A stretch of 64,000 nt of DNA. It comes from Candidatus Palauibacter irciniicola (lineage in GTDB: Bacteria > Gemmatimonadota > Gemmatimonadetes > Palauibacterales > Palauibacteraceae). Position numbers and translations under genes: made by a program. The notes under the pieces were generated by a model, which saw nothing but the letters and a program-made list of their open reading frames with translations, searched no databases and had not been told where the DNA came from. The DNA is taken from positions 1,879-65,878 of the forward strand of contig VXWG01000010.1 in NCBI GenBank assembly GCA_009836005.1. The letters run 5' to 3'. Positions 9,144 to 18,312 of this stretch are shown piece after piece (position 1 is the stretch's first letter; each line of letters opens with the position of its first letter).

Positions 9144-11981
9144 ATGAAGATGTCCCGCTTGCCCGGCGTCGCTTTCGTTTCGACCGCCGTCGTCCTTTTC
9201 TCCTCCCTCTCCGCTTCCGGAGCCGCGGCGCAGACGCCGGCCCCGACGGATCCGATCCCGCCGGACCCGGCCGTCATCACCGGGACCCTGGACAACGGCC
9301 TGCGCTACTTCGTGCGCGAGAACGATCAGCCGGAGAACCGGGCGGAGCTGCGCCTCGTGGTGAACGCGGGCTCCATCCTCGAGGAAGAGGACCAGCTCGG
9401 ACTGGCGCATTTCGTCGAGCACATGGCGTTCAACGGCACGGAGAACTTCGAGAAGCAGGCGCTCGTCGACTATCTGGAGTCGATCGGGATGCAGTTCGGC
9501 CCCGACGTCAACGCGTATACGAGCTTCGATGAGACGGTCTACATGCTCCAGGTGCCGATGGACGACCCGGAGGTGCTGGCCACCGCGTTCCGGATCCTCG
9601 GGGACTGGGCCCAGGGCGTGCGCTTCGACCCGGAGGAGGTCGACAAGGAGCGCGGCGTGGTGATCGAGGAATGGCGCGGACGGCGAGGCGCCCAGGCGCG
9701 GATGCAGGACCAGCAGTTCCCGGTCATGTTCGAGGGGTCGCTCTACGCGGAGCGTCTCCCGATCGGGAAGACGGAGATTCTTGAGACCGCGCCCGTCGAG
9801 CGGCTGCGCAGCTTCTACGAGGACTGGTACCGGCCGGACCTGATGGCGATCATCGCCGTCGGCGACTTCGACGGCCGGGAGATCGAGTCGACGATCCGGG
9901 CGCAGTTCGCCGGGCTGACCTCGCCCGAGGAGCCCCGTCCGCGGGTCTTCGCCGACATCCCCGTCGACCACCCGCCACGCGTCGCGATCGCGACGGACAC
10001 GGAAGCCACGCAGAGCCAGGTCGGCGTGCTGTACAAGCAGCCGCCGGCCCCGCGCGGCACCGTCGCCGACTTTCGCCGCGGCCTCGTCGAGGGCCTGTAC
10101 TCCGGCATGCTGAACGCCCGCCTCGATGAACTCCGGCTGCAGGCCGACGCGCCGTTCCTGGTCGGGTTCACGGGGCAGGGCCAGTTCGCGCGGGGAGTGG
10201 ACGCCTACCAGCTCGTGGCGCTGGTCGGGGATGGCGGCATCGAGCGCGGGCTCGAGGCCCTGCTCACGGAAGCGGAGCGCGTCGTGCGGCACGGCTTCAC
10301 GGAGACGGAACTGGAGCGGCAGAAGACGGACGTGAGACGCGCCTACGAGCGGCGGCTCGCGGAGCGGGAGAACCAGGAGTCGATCGTGCTCGCGAACCGC
10401 TACCTGCAGGCGTTCCTTCAGGGAAGTCCGTACCCGTCCATCGAGACGCAGATGGCGTTCGTGGACGCCCTGCTGCCGGGGATCACGCTCGCCGAGACCA
10501 ACGCCGTCGCCCAGGCGTGGCTGGCGGAGGAAGGGCGCATCATCCTGGTCAACGCGCCCGAGAAGGAAGGTCTCGAGACCCCTGCGGAGGAGGACCTGGT
10601 CGGCGTCTTCGCGTCCGTGTCGGCCGCGGAGATCGAAGCGTACGAGGACGCGGCAGCCGATGCGCCTCTCCTCCCCGTCGTCCCCGAGGGCACTCCGGTC
10701 GTGGCCGAGGAGACGCTCGACGAGGTGGGCGTCTCCATCTGGACTCTGGAGAACGGCGTGCGCGTCGTCCTCAAGCCCACCGACTTCAAGGACGACGAGA
10801 TTCTCTTCTCCGCGACGAGCCCCGGCGGCACGTCGCTGCTTCCCGACGATCTGATGCGGAAGACGTCGTTCGCCCTCAACGTCATCGCCCAGTCGGGAGT
10901 CGGGGAGTTCGATCAGACCGAGCTCGGGAAAAAGCTCACCGGCAAGGCCGTTCGGGTCTCTCCGTTGCTGGGGTCGCTTTCGGAAGGGATCGGAGGGTCG
11001 TCGTCCCCGCAGGATGTCGAGACGGCGTTTCAACTCATCTACCTGTACTTCTCGGCGCCCCGCAGGGATGAGACCATGTTCGACGCGCTCAAGGCACAGC
11101 AGACGGCAGTGCTCGCGAACATCGGGGCCAATCCCAACCTCGTGTTTTCCGACACCGTCTCGGCCATCATGTCCCAGGGACATCCGCGGGTCCAGCGGGT
11201 GAGCCAGCTCATGGATGACCTCCTGCAGGCCGACCTCGACGCGGGCTACGAGGTGTTCCGGGAGCGCTTCGCGGACGCCAGCGACTTCACCTTCTACTTC
11301 GCGGGCGCCTTCGATCTCGCGATGATGCGTCCCCTCGTGGAGCGGTATCTCGGTGCGCTCCCCAATCTGGGGCGGGTGGAGAACTGGGTGGATCACGGCA
11401 TCGATCCTCCCGCGGGCGTGATCGAGACCTTCGTGTACAAGGGGCTGGAGCCGCAGAGCCGCACGCAGATCATCTTCGCGGGAGACGCCGAGTACTCGCG
11501 CGAAGAGGCGGGCGCGGTCTACGCCATGGCGGAGGTTCTCCAGATTCGGCTGCGTGAGCTGCTGCGCGAAGACCTGGGCGGGACGTACAGCGTGGGCGTG
11601 AACGGCCGGCTCTCGTACCGGCCCGACGAGGAATACAGCGTGACCATCGCGTTCGGGTCCGCCCCCGAGCGCGCCGAGGAACTCTCCTCCGTGGTCTTCG
11701 AGGAGATCGAGCGGCTCAGGACCGAGGGGCCGGACGCGGAGACGGTGGGGAAGGTCCGCGAGACGCAACGGCGGGGGCTGGAGACGAGTCTGCGCGAGAA
11801 CCGGTTCTGGCTGAACCAGTTGGCGAGTTTCGAGCGCGGCGGCTGGGACCTGAACGAGATCCCGAGCTTCGAGGGGATCGAAAGCTGGACCGCGGAGCAG
11901 GTGCGGGAGGCCGCCGTCCGTTACCTCCGCACCGACCAGTACGCCCGGTTCGTGCTGCTCCCGGAGCAGAAGGTCCCCTAG
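9144..11981 (+). CDS. pqqL: M16 family zinc peptidase (PqqL-like insulinase)
   Basis: GLAHFVEHMAFNGTENF (inverted HxxEH), NAYTSFDETVY, ERGVVIEEWR, WYRPDLM, second-half LENGVRVVLKPTDF, LREDLGGTY. Signal peptide. Confidence 0.9.
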   Translation: MKMSRLPGVAFVSTAVVLFSSLSASGAAAQTPAPTDPIPPDPAVITGTLDNGLRYFVRENDQPENRAELRLVVNAGSILEEEDQLGLAHFVEHMAFNGTENFEKQALVDYLESIGMQFGPDVNAYTSFDETVYMLQVPMDDPEVLATAFRILGDWAQGVRFDPEEVDKERGVVIEEWRGRRGAQARMQDQQFPVMFEGSLYAERLPIGKTEILETAPVERLRSFYEDWYRPDLMAIIAVGDFDGREIESTIRAQFAGLTSPEEPRPRVFADIPVDHPPRVAIATDTEATQSQVGVLYKQPPAPRGTVADFRRGLVEGLYSGMLNARLDELRLQADAPFLVGFTGQGQFARGVDAYQLVALVGDGGIERGLEALLTEAERVVRHGFTETELERQKTDVRRAYERRLAERENQESIVLANRYLQAFLQGSPYPSIETQMAFVDALLPGITLAETNAVAQAWLAEEGRIILVNAPEKEGLETPAEEDLVGVFASVSAAEIEAYEDAAADAPLLPVVPEGTPVVAEETLDEVGVSIWTLENGVRVVLKPTDFKDDEILFSATSPGGTSLLPDDLMRKTSFALNVIAQSGVGEFDQTELGKKLTGKAVRVSPLLGSLSEGIGGSSSPQDVETAFQLIYLYFSAPRRDETMFDALKAQQTAVLANIGANPNLVFSDTVSAIMSQGHPRVQRVSQLMDDLLQADLDAGYEVFRERFADASDFTFYFAGAFDLAMMRPLVERYLGALPNLGRVENWVDHGIDPPAGVIETFVYKGLEPQSRTQIIFAGDAEYSREEAGAVYAMAEVLQIRLRELLREDLGGTYSVGVNGRLSYRPDEEYSVTIAFGSAPERAEELSSVVFEEIERLRTEGPDAETVGKVRETQRRGLETSLRENRFWLNQLASFERGGWDLNEIPSFEGIESWTAEQVREAAVRYLRTDQYARFVLLPEQKVP

Positions 11982-11987
11982 TGTCAT

Positions 11988-13931
11988 GTGGAGGAGCCAC
12001 GGCCGGCCGGTGATCGGATGAGCGGCGCCGCCCACGCGCGCCGGGAGCGCGTGCCCGTCCGGGTCATGCCGGACCACGACAGCATCGCCGCCGAAGTCGC
12101 CGGCCGGATCGCGGCGCTCCTGCGAAAGCGGGCCGAGAACGGGAGCCGTGCCGTTCTCGGCCTCGCGACCGGCGCCACGCCCGTCGGCGTCTACCGGGAA
12201 CTCATCCGCCTGCACCGGCACGAGGGACTCGACTTCTCCAACGCGGTCGCCTTCAACCTCGACGAGTACTTCCCGATGCGGCCCGGCAGCCTCCACAGCT
12301 ATCACCGCTACATGCGGGAACACCTGTTCGACCACGTGAACATCGCGCCGGAGCACTGTCACATCCCTCGCGGAGATGTGCCGGAAGCGGAGGTCGAGGC
12401 ACACTGCGTCGAGTACGAGCGCCGCATCCGGGAGGCGGGCGGGATCGACTTCCAGATTCTCGGGATCGGGCGCAGCGGTCACATCGGTTTCAACGAGCCG
12501 GGGTCCGAGCGCGACTCGCGCACCCGGCGGCTCTACCTGGACACCGTCACCCGCGGCGATGCCGCGTCCGATTTCTTCGGCGAGGAGAACGTGCCGCCGC
12601 AGGCGATCACGATGGGCGTGGCCACGATCCTCGAAGCGCGGGAGGTCGTCCTGCTCGCGACGGGGGAGCACAAGGCCGGGATCGTGTGCCGAGCCGTCGA
12701 GGGGGAGGTCCACGCGGACGTCGCCGCGACCTTCCTCCAGCAACACGCCGCCGCGACGGTCTATCTCGATCCGGCCGCCGCTTCCGATCTCACCCGCGTC
12801 CGCACGCCGTGGCTCGTGGGCGATGTGGAGTGGACGGCGGAGCGCGAGACGGCGGCCGTCATCTGGCTGAGCGAACGCACCGACAAGTCGATCCTGCACC
12901 TCGCGACCGACGACTATCGCGCGAACCACCTCGCCCCGCTCACCTCCCGTCACGGTTCGGCCGAGCCGCTCAACGGACAGGTCTTCAACGCGCTCATCTC
13001 CAAGATCCGGGGAAAAAGCAGGCTGCCGCGCGGCCAGGACATCGTCGTCTTCTCGCCCCACCCGGACGACGACGTGATCTCGATGGGCGGACTGCTGCGC
13101 AAGCTGGTCGAGAACGGCAACCGCATCACCGTGGCATACCAGACGTCCGGGAACATCGCCGTCTTCGACCACGAGGTGCGCCGGTACCTGGACTTCCTGC
13201 GGCGCGCGGCGGGCATCATCGATCTTGGCGATGCCCCGAACCTCGAGGAGGTGCTGCGGTCGCTCGAGGACCGTCTCGCCCGCAAGGAGCCGGGGGATGT
13301 CGATCCGGGGGTGGTTCAGCAGCTCAAGCGGATCATCCGCGAGACCGAGGCCACGGCCGCGATCGAATCGCTGGGTCTCTCCGCCGACCGCGCACGCTTT
13401 CTGAACCAGCCGTTCTATCAGACGGGAGCGGTGAGAAAGAACCCGATCACGTCGGAGGATGTGGAGATCGTCGCGCAACTGCTGGAGGAGGTGCGGCCGA
13501 CGATCGTGTTCGCCGCCGGGGACCTGTCCGATCCGCACGGCACGCACCGCATGTGCCTCGAGACGGTCGAGGCGGCGCTCGCCGGCTACCGCGGCGACCC
13601 GCCGTGGCTCTGGCTCTATCGAGGCGCGTGGCAGGAGTGGGATCTGGACGAAGCGACCGTCCTCGTGCCTCTCTCCGAAGGCGAACTGCGCGGCAAGGTC
13701 CAGGCGATCTTCCGACACGAGTCGCAGAAGGATTCGGCGCCATTTCCGGGACCGGATCCGCGGGAATTCTGGCAGCGGGTCGTCGAGCGAAACCGGGATA
13801 CCGCCGACCGGCTGGCCGCGCTGGGCCTGCCGGCCTACTACGCCATGGAGGCTTACGTGACGCTGCGGGATGGGCAGCGGGTCGAGGGTCCGGAGATCCC
13901 CACCTCCTCCCTCGCGGACGCGGAGGCGTGA
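11988..13931 (+). CDS. nagB: Glucosamine-6-phosphate deaminase fused to a PIG-L/LmbE-like domain (long-form NagB)
   Basis: LGLATGATP, FNLDEY, LGIGRSGHIGFNEPGS, AITMGVATI. C-terminal FSPHPDDDVISMGG and GDLSDPHGTH. Start may be ATG 12018. Confidence 0.92.
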   Translation: MEEPRPAGDRMSGAAHARRERVPVRVMPDHDSIAAEVAGRIAALLRKRAENGSRAVLGLATGATPVGVYRELIRLHRHEGLDFSNAVAFNLDEYFPMRPGSLHSYHRYMREHLFDHVNIAPEHCHIPRGDVPEAEVEAHCVEYERRIREAGGIDFQILGIGRSGHIGFNEPGSERDSRTRRLYLDTVTRGDAASDFFGEENVPPQAITMGVATILEAREVVLLATGEHKAGIVCRAVEGEVHADVAATFLQQHAAATVYLDPAAASDLTRVRTPWLVGDVEWTAERETAAVIWLSERTDKSILHLATDDYRANHLAPLTSRHGSAEPLNGQVFNALISKIRGKSRLPRGQDIVVFSPHPDDDVISMGGLLRKLVENGNRITVAYQTSGNIAVFDHEVRRYLDFLRRAAGIIDLGDAPNLEEVLRSLEDRLARKEPGDVDPGVVQQLKRIIRETEATAAIESLGLSADRARFLNQPFYQTGAVRKNPITSEDVEIVAQLLEEVRPTIVFAAGDLSDPHGTHRMCLETVEAALAGYRGDPPWLWLYRGAWQEWDLDEATVLVPLSEGELRGKVQAIFRHESQKDSAPFPGPDPREFWQRVVERNRDTADRLAALGLPAYYAMEAYVTLRDGQRVEGPEIPTSSLADAEA

Positions 13932-13975
13932 ACCCGTGACGTACCCGGGCGGACGGCGCGGCGCGACAGGCTGAC

Positions 13976-14680
13976 ATGGGCGGGTTCTTCGGGACGGAAC
14001 GGGTGTCGTTCGATCTCTTCGGCCCGGTCCATCTTGCGACGATCGGCGCCCTGGCGGTGGTCGGCATCTGCCTGATTCGCGCCGGTCTGGTGGCCGATGA
14101 GCGGGGTCGCCGCCACCTCCGCCTGGCACTGGGCCTCACGATTCTCCTCCTCCTCCTTGCGAGGCACATCTGGAAGGCCGCATCGGGGCTGTGGACAGTG
14201 GAGCACGACATACCCCTGCACCTCTGCAGCGCCATGGCGTTGGTGACCATTTACGGGCTGTGGACCCGGGAGCCCCGAGTTCTCCGCCTCATGTACTTCC
14301 TGGGCGTGGCGGGGGCGGTGCAGGCCGTCCTGACCCCGGATTCCGAGTTCGGCGCCGTGCACTTCACCTTCTTCGAGTCGCTGGGATCGCACGGGGCGGT
14401 CGTCATCGCCGGCGTGTGGGCCGTGATGGTGGAAGGCTATCGGCCGACGTCCCGCGATCCGTGGATCGTGTTCGGACTGCTGAACCTGTACGCGGCCGTC
14501 GTCTATCCGATAAACCGGCTCCTCGGGTCAAACTATCTCTACCTGATCGACAAGCCGCCGGGGCCCACGATCCTCGACTTCTTTCCCGGCTGGCCCTGGT
14601 ACATTCTGCTCATCGAACCCGTGGCCATCGGGCTCTTCCTGGCGTTGCGGCTCCCCTTCCGGAACCCGGCGGCCGGTTGA
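13976..14680 (+). CDS. YwaF/TIGR02206 family integral membrane protein
   Basis: PLHLC, GAVQAVLTPD and NRLLGSNYLYL-x2-KP-x3-ILDF-x3-WPWY motifs, multiple TM segments. Confidence 0.8.
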   Translation: MGGFFGTERVSFDLFGPVHLATIGALAVVGICLIRAGLVADERGRRHLRLALGLTILLLLLARHIWKAASGLWTVEHDIPLHLCSAMALVTIYGLWTREPRVLRLMYFLGVAGAVQAVLTPDSEFGAVHFTFFESLGSHGAVVIAGVWAVMVEGYRPTSRDPWIVFGLLNLYAAVVYPINRLLGSNYLYLIDKPPGPTILDFFPGWPWYILLIEPVAIGLFLALRLPFRNPAAG

Positions 14681-14708
14681 CGGTACTCAGGTTTCTCCCT
14701 GTACCAGA

Positions 14709-14753
14709 AACCCTGTGCGAAGAACCCTGTACGAAGAACCCTGCGCGAAGAAC
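14709..14753 (+). repeat. Three tandem 14-nt direct repeats (AACCCTGYRCGAAG) upstream of lysW
   Basis: AACCCTGTGCGAAG (14709-14722), AACCCTGTACGAAG (14723-14736), AACCCTGCGCGAAG (14737-14750), then AAC. Confidence 0.85.
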
Positions 14754-14773
14754 TTCAATGGAGGATGGACGGC

Positions 14774-14938
14774 ATGCCGGTATGTCCTGTATGCGATGCG
14801 GAACCAATGATCTCCGACGACCCCGTCGAGGGCGAGTTGCTCGAATGCGAGGATTGCGGCGTCGAACTCGAGATCCTCGCGCTCGACCCCATCACGCTCG
14901 GTGAGGCGCCGGACGCCGAGGAGGATTGGGGCGAATGA
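14774..14938 (+). CDS. lysW: Amino-group carrier protein LysW (54 aa)
   Basis: Read directly: [54 protein letters not shown]. Two CxxC pairs, acidic, C-terminal EDWGE, SD GGAGGA. Stop overlaps the lysX ATG. Below the ORF-track length cutoff. Confidence 0.96.
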   Translation: MPVCPVCDAEPMISDDPVEGELLECEDCGVELEILALDPITLGEAPDAEEDWGE

Positions 14939-15783
14939 GAGTCGGCTTTCTTCATTCCCTCATCCGCAAGGACGAGAAGCTGCTGATCGCGGAGTTGCGC
15001 GGGCGCAGCGATGTGGAACTGGTGTTTCTGGACGACCGCAAGCTCGCGTTCGACTTCGCGAGCGTCCCGGACGTCGATGTCGTCCTCGAGCGCTGCATCA
15101 ACCATTCGCGGGCCATGCACGCGCTGCGGCTGTTCGAGGGCGGCGGGCTGGATTGCGTCAACCGCTACGAGGTGTCGCGCCGCTGCGGGGACAAGATCCT
15201 CACCGCGGCGTCGCTCCGGGAATGCGGCGTCCCGCAGCCCGAGGCCAGGGTCGCGTTCACCGAGGCCTCCGCGCTCGAGGCGATCGAGGAACTGGGCTAT
15301 CCCGTGGTACTCAAGCCGGCGGTCGGTTCCTGGGGGCGCCTGCTGTCGAGGATCAACGACCGGCACGCGGCGGAGACGGTCCTCGAACACAAGGCGATCC
15401 TGGGCAGCTATCATCACTCGATCTTCTTCGTGCAGAAGTACGTGGAGAAGGGAGGGCGCGACATCCGCGCGTTCGTCGTGGGCGGGGACTGCGTGGCCGC
15501 CATCTACCGGTCGTCCGGGCACTGGATCACGAATACGGCCCGCGGCGGCACGGCCTCCAACTGTCCGGTGACGAGCGAGATCGGGGAGCTGTCCCTGCGC
15601 GCGGCGGAGGCCGTGGGCGGGGGCGTGGTGGCCGTGGACCTGTTCGAGAGCGACGGCGGACTGCTCGTGAACGAAGTGAACTACACGATGGAGTTCAGGA
15701 ACAGCATCGAGGCGACGGGCGTGAACATTCCGGAGCGGATCGTGTCGTACGTCGTCTCGCCGGACCGGGCGGGGAACCGATGA
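14935..15783 (+). CDS. lysX: LysW-alpha-aminoadipate (or glutamate) ligase LysX, ATP-grasp
   Basis: [31 protein letters not shown] and [15 protein letters not shown] closely follow Thermus-type LysX. Adjacent to lysW. Confidence 0.93.
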   Translation: MRVGFLHSLIRKDEKLLIAELRGRSDVELVFLDDRKLAFDFASVPDVDVVLERCINHSRAMHALRLFEGGGLDCVNRYEVSRRCGDKILTAASLRECGVPQPEARVAFTEASALEAIEELGYPVVLKPAVGSWGRLLSRINDRHAAETVLEHKAILGSYHHSIFFVQKYVEKGGRDIRAFVVGGDCVAAIYRSSGHWITNTARGGTASNCPVTSEIGELSLRAAEAVGGGVVAVDLFESDGGLLVNEVNYTMEFRNSIEATGVNIPERIVSYVVSPDRAGNR

Positions 15784-16802
15784 TCCGCGCGTCGATCGCG
15801 GGCGGATCGGGCTACGCCGGGGGGGAACTGCTGAGGCTCCTGCTCGGCCATCCCGATGTCGAGGTGCGGCAGATCACGTCGGAGCGCTTCGCGGGACGGT
15901 TCGCGCAGCGGGTGCACCCCAACCTGCGCGGCGTCACGCGGCTCCGCTTCTGCGCGCTCGACGAGTTGTCGGAGTGCGACGTGCTCTTCCTCTGTCTCCC
16001 GCACGGCGAGTCGTCCCGCCGCATCGACGAGTTTCGGGCCGTGGCCGGACGGATCGTCGACCTGGGCGCGGACTTCCGGCTCAAGGACGGCGCGGACTAC
16101 GAGCGCTTCTACGGCCGGCCGCATCCCCGGCCGGAACTCCTGGGGTCGTTCGTGTACGGGATCGCGGAAGTGAACCGCGAGGCGCTGGCGGGCGCGGACC
16201 TTGTCGCGTGCGCCGGCTGCAACGCGACGGCCTCCATCCTCGGGCTGCTTCCGCTGTACCGGGAGGGGGTCGCGGATTCGGCCGTGATCGAGGTGAAGGT
16301 GGGCTCGAGCGAGGCGGGCAACCGCGCCAGCGAGGGCAGCCACCACCCGGAGCGCAGCGGCGCGATGCGGTCGTACCGGCCGACCGGCCACCGCCACGCG
16401 GCCGAGATCCGAACGGTCCTCGGCGGCGACGTGCACTTCTCGGCCACTGCGGTCGAGATGGTGCGCGGCGTCCTCGCCACCTGCCACGTATTCCTGAACC
16501 GGGAGCTCGACGAGAAGGCGTTGTGGAAGATCTACCGGGGCGCGTACGCCGACGAACCGTTCGTGCGCATCGTCAAGGAGCGGACCGGCATCCACCGCTA
16601 TCCCGACCCCAACCTCCTGGCGGGCGCGAACTACTGCGACGTGGGGTTCGAGCGCGATCCGCTCTCGAACCGGGTCGTGGTCCTGAGCGCGATCGACAAT
16701 CTCATGAAGGGGGCGGCGGGACAGGCGGTGCAGGCGTTCAACGTGATGCACGGGTTGCCGGAGTCGCGGGGGCTCGAGTTCCCGGGCCTGCACCCTGCCT
16801 GA
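15780..16802 (+). CDS. lysY: [LysW]-aminoadipyl/glutamyl-phosphate reductase (LysY/ArgC)
   Basis: [37 protein letters not shown]-x2-RSY and [17 protein letters not shown] 15780 overlaps the lysX stop. Confidence 0.92.
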   Translation: MIRASIAGGSGYAGGELLRLLLGHPDVEVRQITSERFAGRFAQRVHPNLRGVTRLRFCALDELSECDVLFLCLPHGESSRRIDEFRAVAGRIVDLGADFRLKDGADYERFYGRPHPRPELLGSFVYGIAEVNREALAGADLVACAGCNATASILGLLPLYREGVADSAVIEVKVGSSEAGNRASEGSHHPERSGAMRSYRPTGHRHAAEIRTVLGGDVHFSATAVEMVRGVLATCHVFLNRELDEKALWKIYRGAYADEPFVRIVKERTGIHRYPDPNLLAGANYCDVGFERDPLSNRVVVLSAIDNLMKGAAGQAVQAFNVMHGLPESRGLEFPGLHPA

Positions 16803-16824
16803 GCCCGGCCCCCGGAGCTGAATC

Positions 16825-17484
16825 GTGTGCCGCATCCTCTGCGTCCGGAGCGATGAGCCCTTCGACATGGCGCCGCATCTGGCCGCCTTCGCACAGATCG
16901 CCCGGGAGAGCCGCGAGTACCAGGGCGACGGGTGGGGGTGCGCCTGGATCGATGCCGACGGGTGGCGCGTCTACCGCGACATCGCGCCCGTCTGGGAGGA
17001 CGCCGCGGCGCCGTCCGGACGGACGACGCTGCTGCTCGCGCACGCGAGGAGTGCGTATCGCGGGGAAGGGATACGGGTCGAGAACAACATGCCGTTCTTC
17101 GACGGGGAGCGCGTCTTCATCTTCAACGGGGAACTGCACGGCGTGCGGATCAAGGAGCGGGGGCGGATCGGCGCGGAGAAGGTGTTCAATTTCGTCAAGC
17201 GCTTCGCCGACGGAGACATGGGCCTCGCGCTGGAGCGGGGACTCGACGCGATCGAAAAGCGCACGCGTTACGTGCGGGCGATGAACCTGATCGTCGCCGA
17301 CACGGCGCGGCGGGTCCACTTCGCGACCCGGTTCAGCGAGGATCCGGACTACTTCCGGCTGCACGCCTCCCGCCGGGGCGGCGTTCGGATCCTGTGCTCG
17401 GCGCCCTATCCGGATTCGCACCCGGCGTCGGACGGGCGGTGGGCGTGGACGCCGGTCGCGAACGGCGCCATCGGGACGTTCTGA
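16825..17484 (+). CDS. Class II glutamine-amidotransferase-like Ntn hydrolase (EgtC/YafJ/Dug3-like) inside the lys operon
   Basis: Starts (M)CRIL with N-terminal nucleophile Cys. GDGWGCAW, P-x-WED, LLAHARSA, NNMPF, FNGEL. GTG start with GGAG SD. Confidence 0.85.
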   Translation: MCRILCVRSDEPFDMAPHLAAFAQIARESREYQGDGWGCAWIDADGWRVYRDIAPVWEDAAAPSGRTTLLLAHARSAYRGEGIRVENNMPFFDGERVFIFNGELHGVRIKERGRIGAEKVFNFVKRFADGDMGLALERGLDAIEKRTRYVRAMNLIVADTARRVHFATRFSEDPDYFRLHASRRGGVRILCSAPYPDSHPASDGRWAWTPVANGAIGTF

Positions 17485-17487
17485 CCG

Positions 17488-18312
17488 ATGCCGGGACCGA
17501 TGCCGGACGAGTCCGGCGGACTGCTCATCGTGAAGATCGGCGGCGGAGCATCCATCAACCTGGACGGGATCGCCCGCGACCTGGGGGGCCTGTCCGGTCC
17601 GTTCGTCATCGTGCACGGCGCGAACGCGCTGCGCGATTCCCTCGCCCGGCGGCTCGGCGTCGAGAAGCGCGTCCTCACGTCGGTGTCCGGACACGAGAGC
17701 GTGCAGTCCGACCGCGACCTGATCGACGTGATGCTCATGGCCTACGCCGGCGTGCGGAACAAGCGCATCGTGGAACTGCTGCAGGGTCACGGCGTGAACG
17801 CGGTCGGGCTCACCGGGCTCGACGGGGCGCTCGTGCGCGGCCGACGCAACCGGGGGATCCGGGTGAGAGAGGGCGGCAAGACGCTGATCAAGCGGGACCT
17901 GTCCGGGAAGCCGGCGGAGGTGAACCGCAAACTGCTGGGGTTGCTCCTCGGCGGCGGCTTCACACCGGTCGTGACCGTGCCCCTGATCGACGAACACAAC
18001 GCGGCGATCAACTCGGAGAACGATGACGTCGCGGCCCTGCTCAGCGCCGAACTGGGACCGGAGTGCGTGATCCAGTTGATCGAGGCGCCCGGCTTCCTGG
18101 AGGATCCGGACGATCCGGCGTCCGTCGTCGCGCGGCTCTCGCGGACGGAGTTGGCGCGTCGCGAGAGCGAGGCGCGCGGGCGCATGAAGCGGAAGCTGCT
18201 CGCCCTGCAGCGAGTCGTGGAATCCGGCACGACGCGCGTCGTGATCGCGGACGGTCGCATCGAACGGCCGGTCTCGGAGGCGCTGGCCGGAAGGGGCACG
18301 GTGATCGGATGA
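17488..18312 (+). CDS. lysZ: [LysW]-aminoadipate/glutamate kinase (LysZ/ArgB)
   Basis: IVKIGG, IVHGAN, LTSVSGHES, GLTGLDG, KRDLSGK, GRMKRKL. Start 17488 or 17500. Confidence 0.9.
   Translation: MPGPMPDESGGLLIVKIGGGASINLDGIARDLGGLSGPFVIVHGANALRDSLARRLGVEKRVLTSVSGHESVQSDRDLIDVMLMAYAGVRNKRIVELLQGHGVNAVGLTGLDGALVRGRRNRGIRVREGGKTLIKRDLSGKPAEVNRKLLGLLLGGGFTPVVTVPLIDEHNAAINSENDDVAALLSAELGPECVIQLIEAPGFLEDPDDPASVVARLSRTELARRESEARGRMKRKLLALQRVVESGTTRVVIADGRIERPVSEALAGRGTVIG

Noticed and set aside
11988-13931. NagB-deacetylase-like fusion as a novelty
   Set aside because: This long NagB architecture is already well known, for example in Bacteroidota.
9138-14129. 1663-aa minus-strand ORF, and similar long ORFs such as 32589-35612, 36262-39258, 42416-43810 and 20163-22496
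   Set aside because: Antisense or off-frame shadows of well-supported genes in high-GC DNA, with no recognisable motifs.
14709-14753. Tandem repeats as a CRISPR array
   Set aside because: 14-nt units with no spacers, and no cas genes.
14681-14773. Lysine riboswitch, T-box or attenuator leader for the lys operon
   Set aside because: Only about 93 nt, with no conserved riboswitch or T-box motifs and no Lys/Arg-rich leader peptide.
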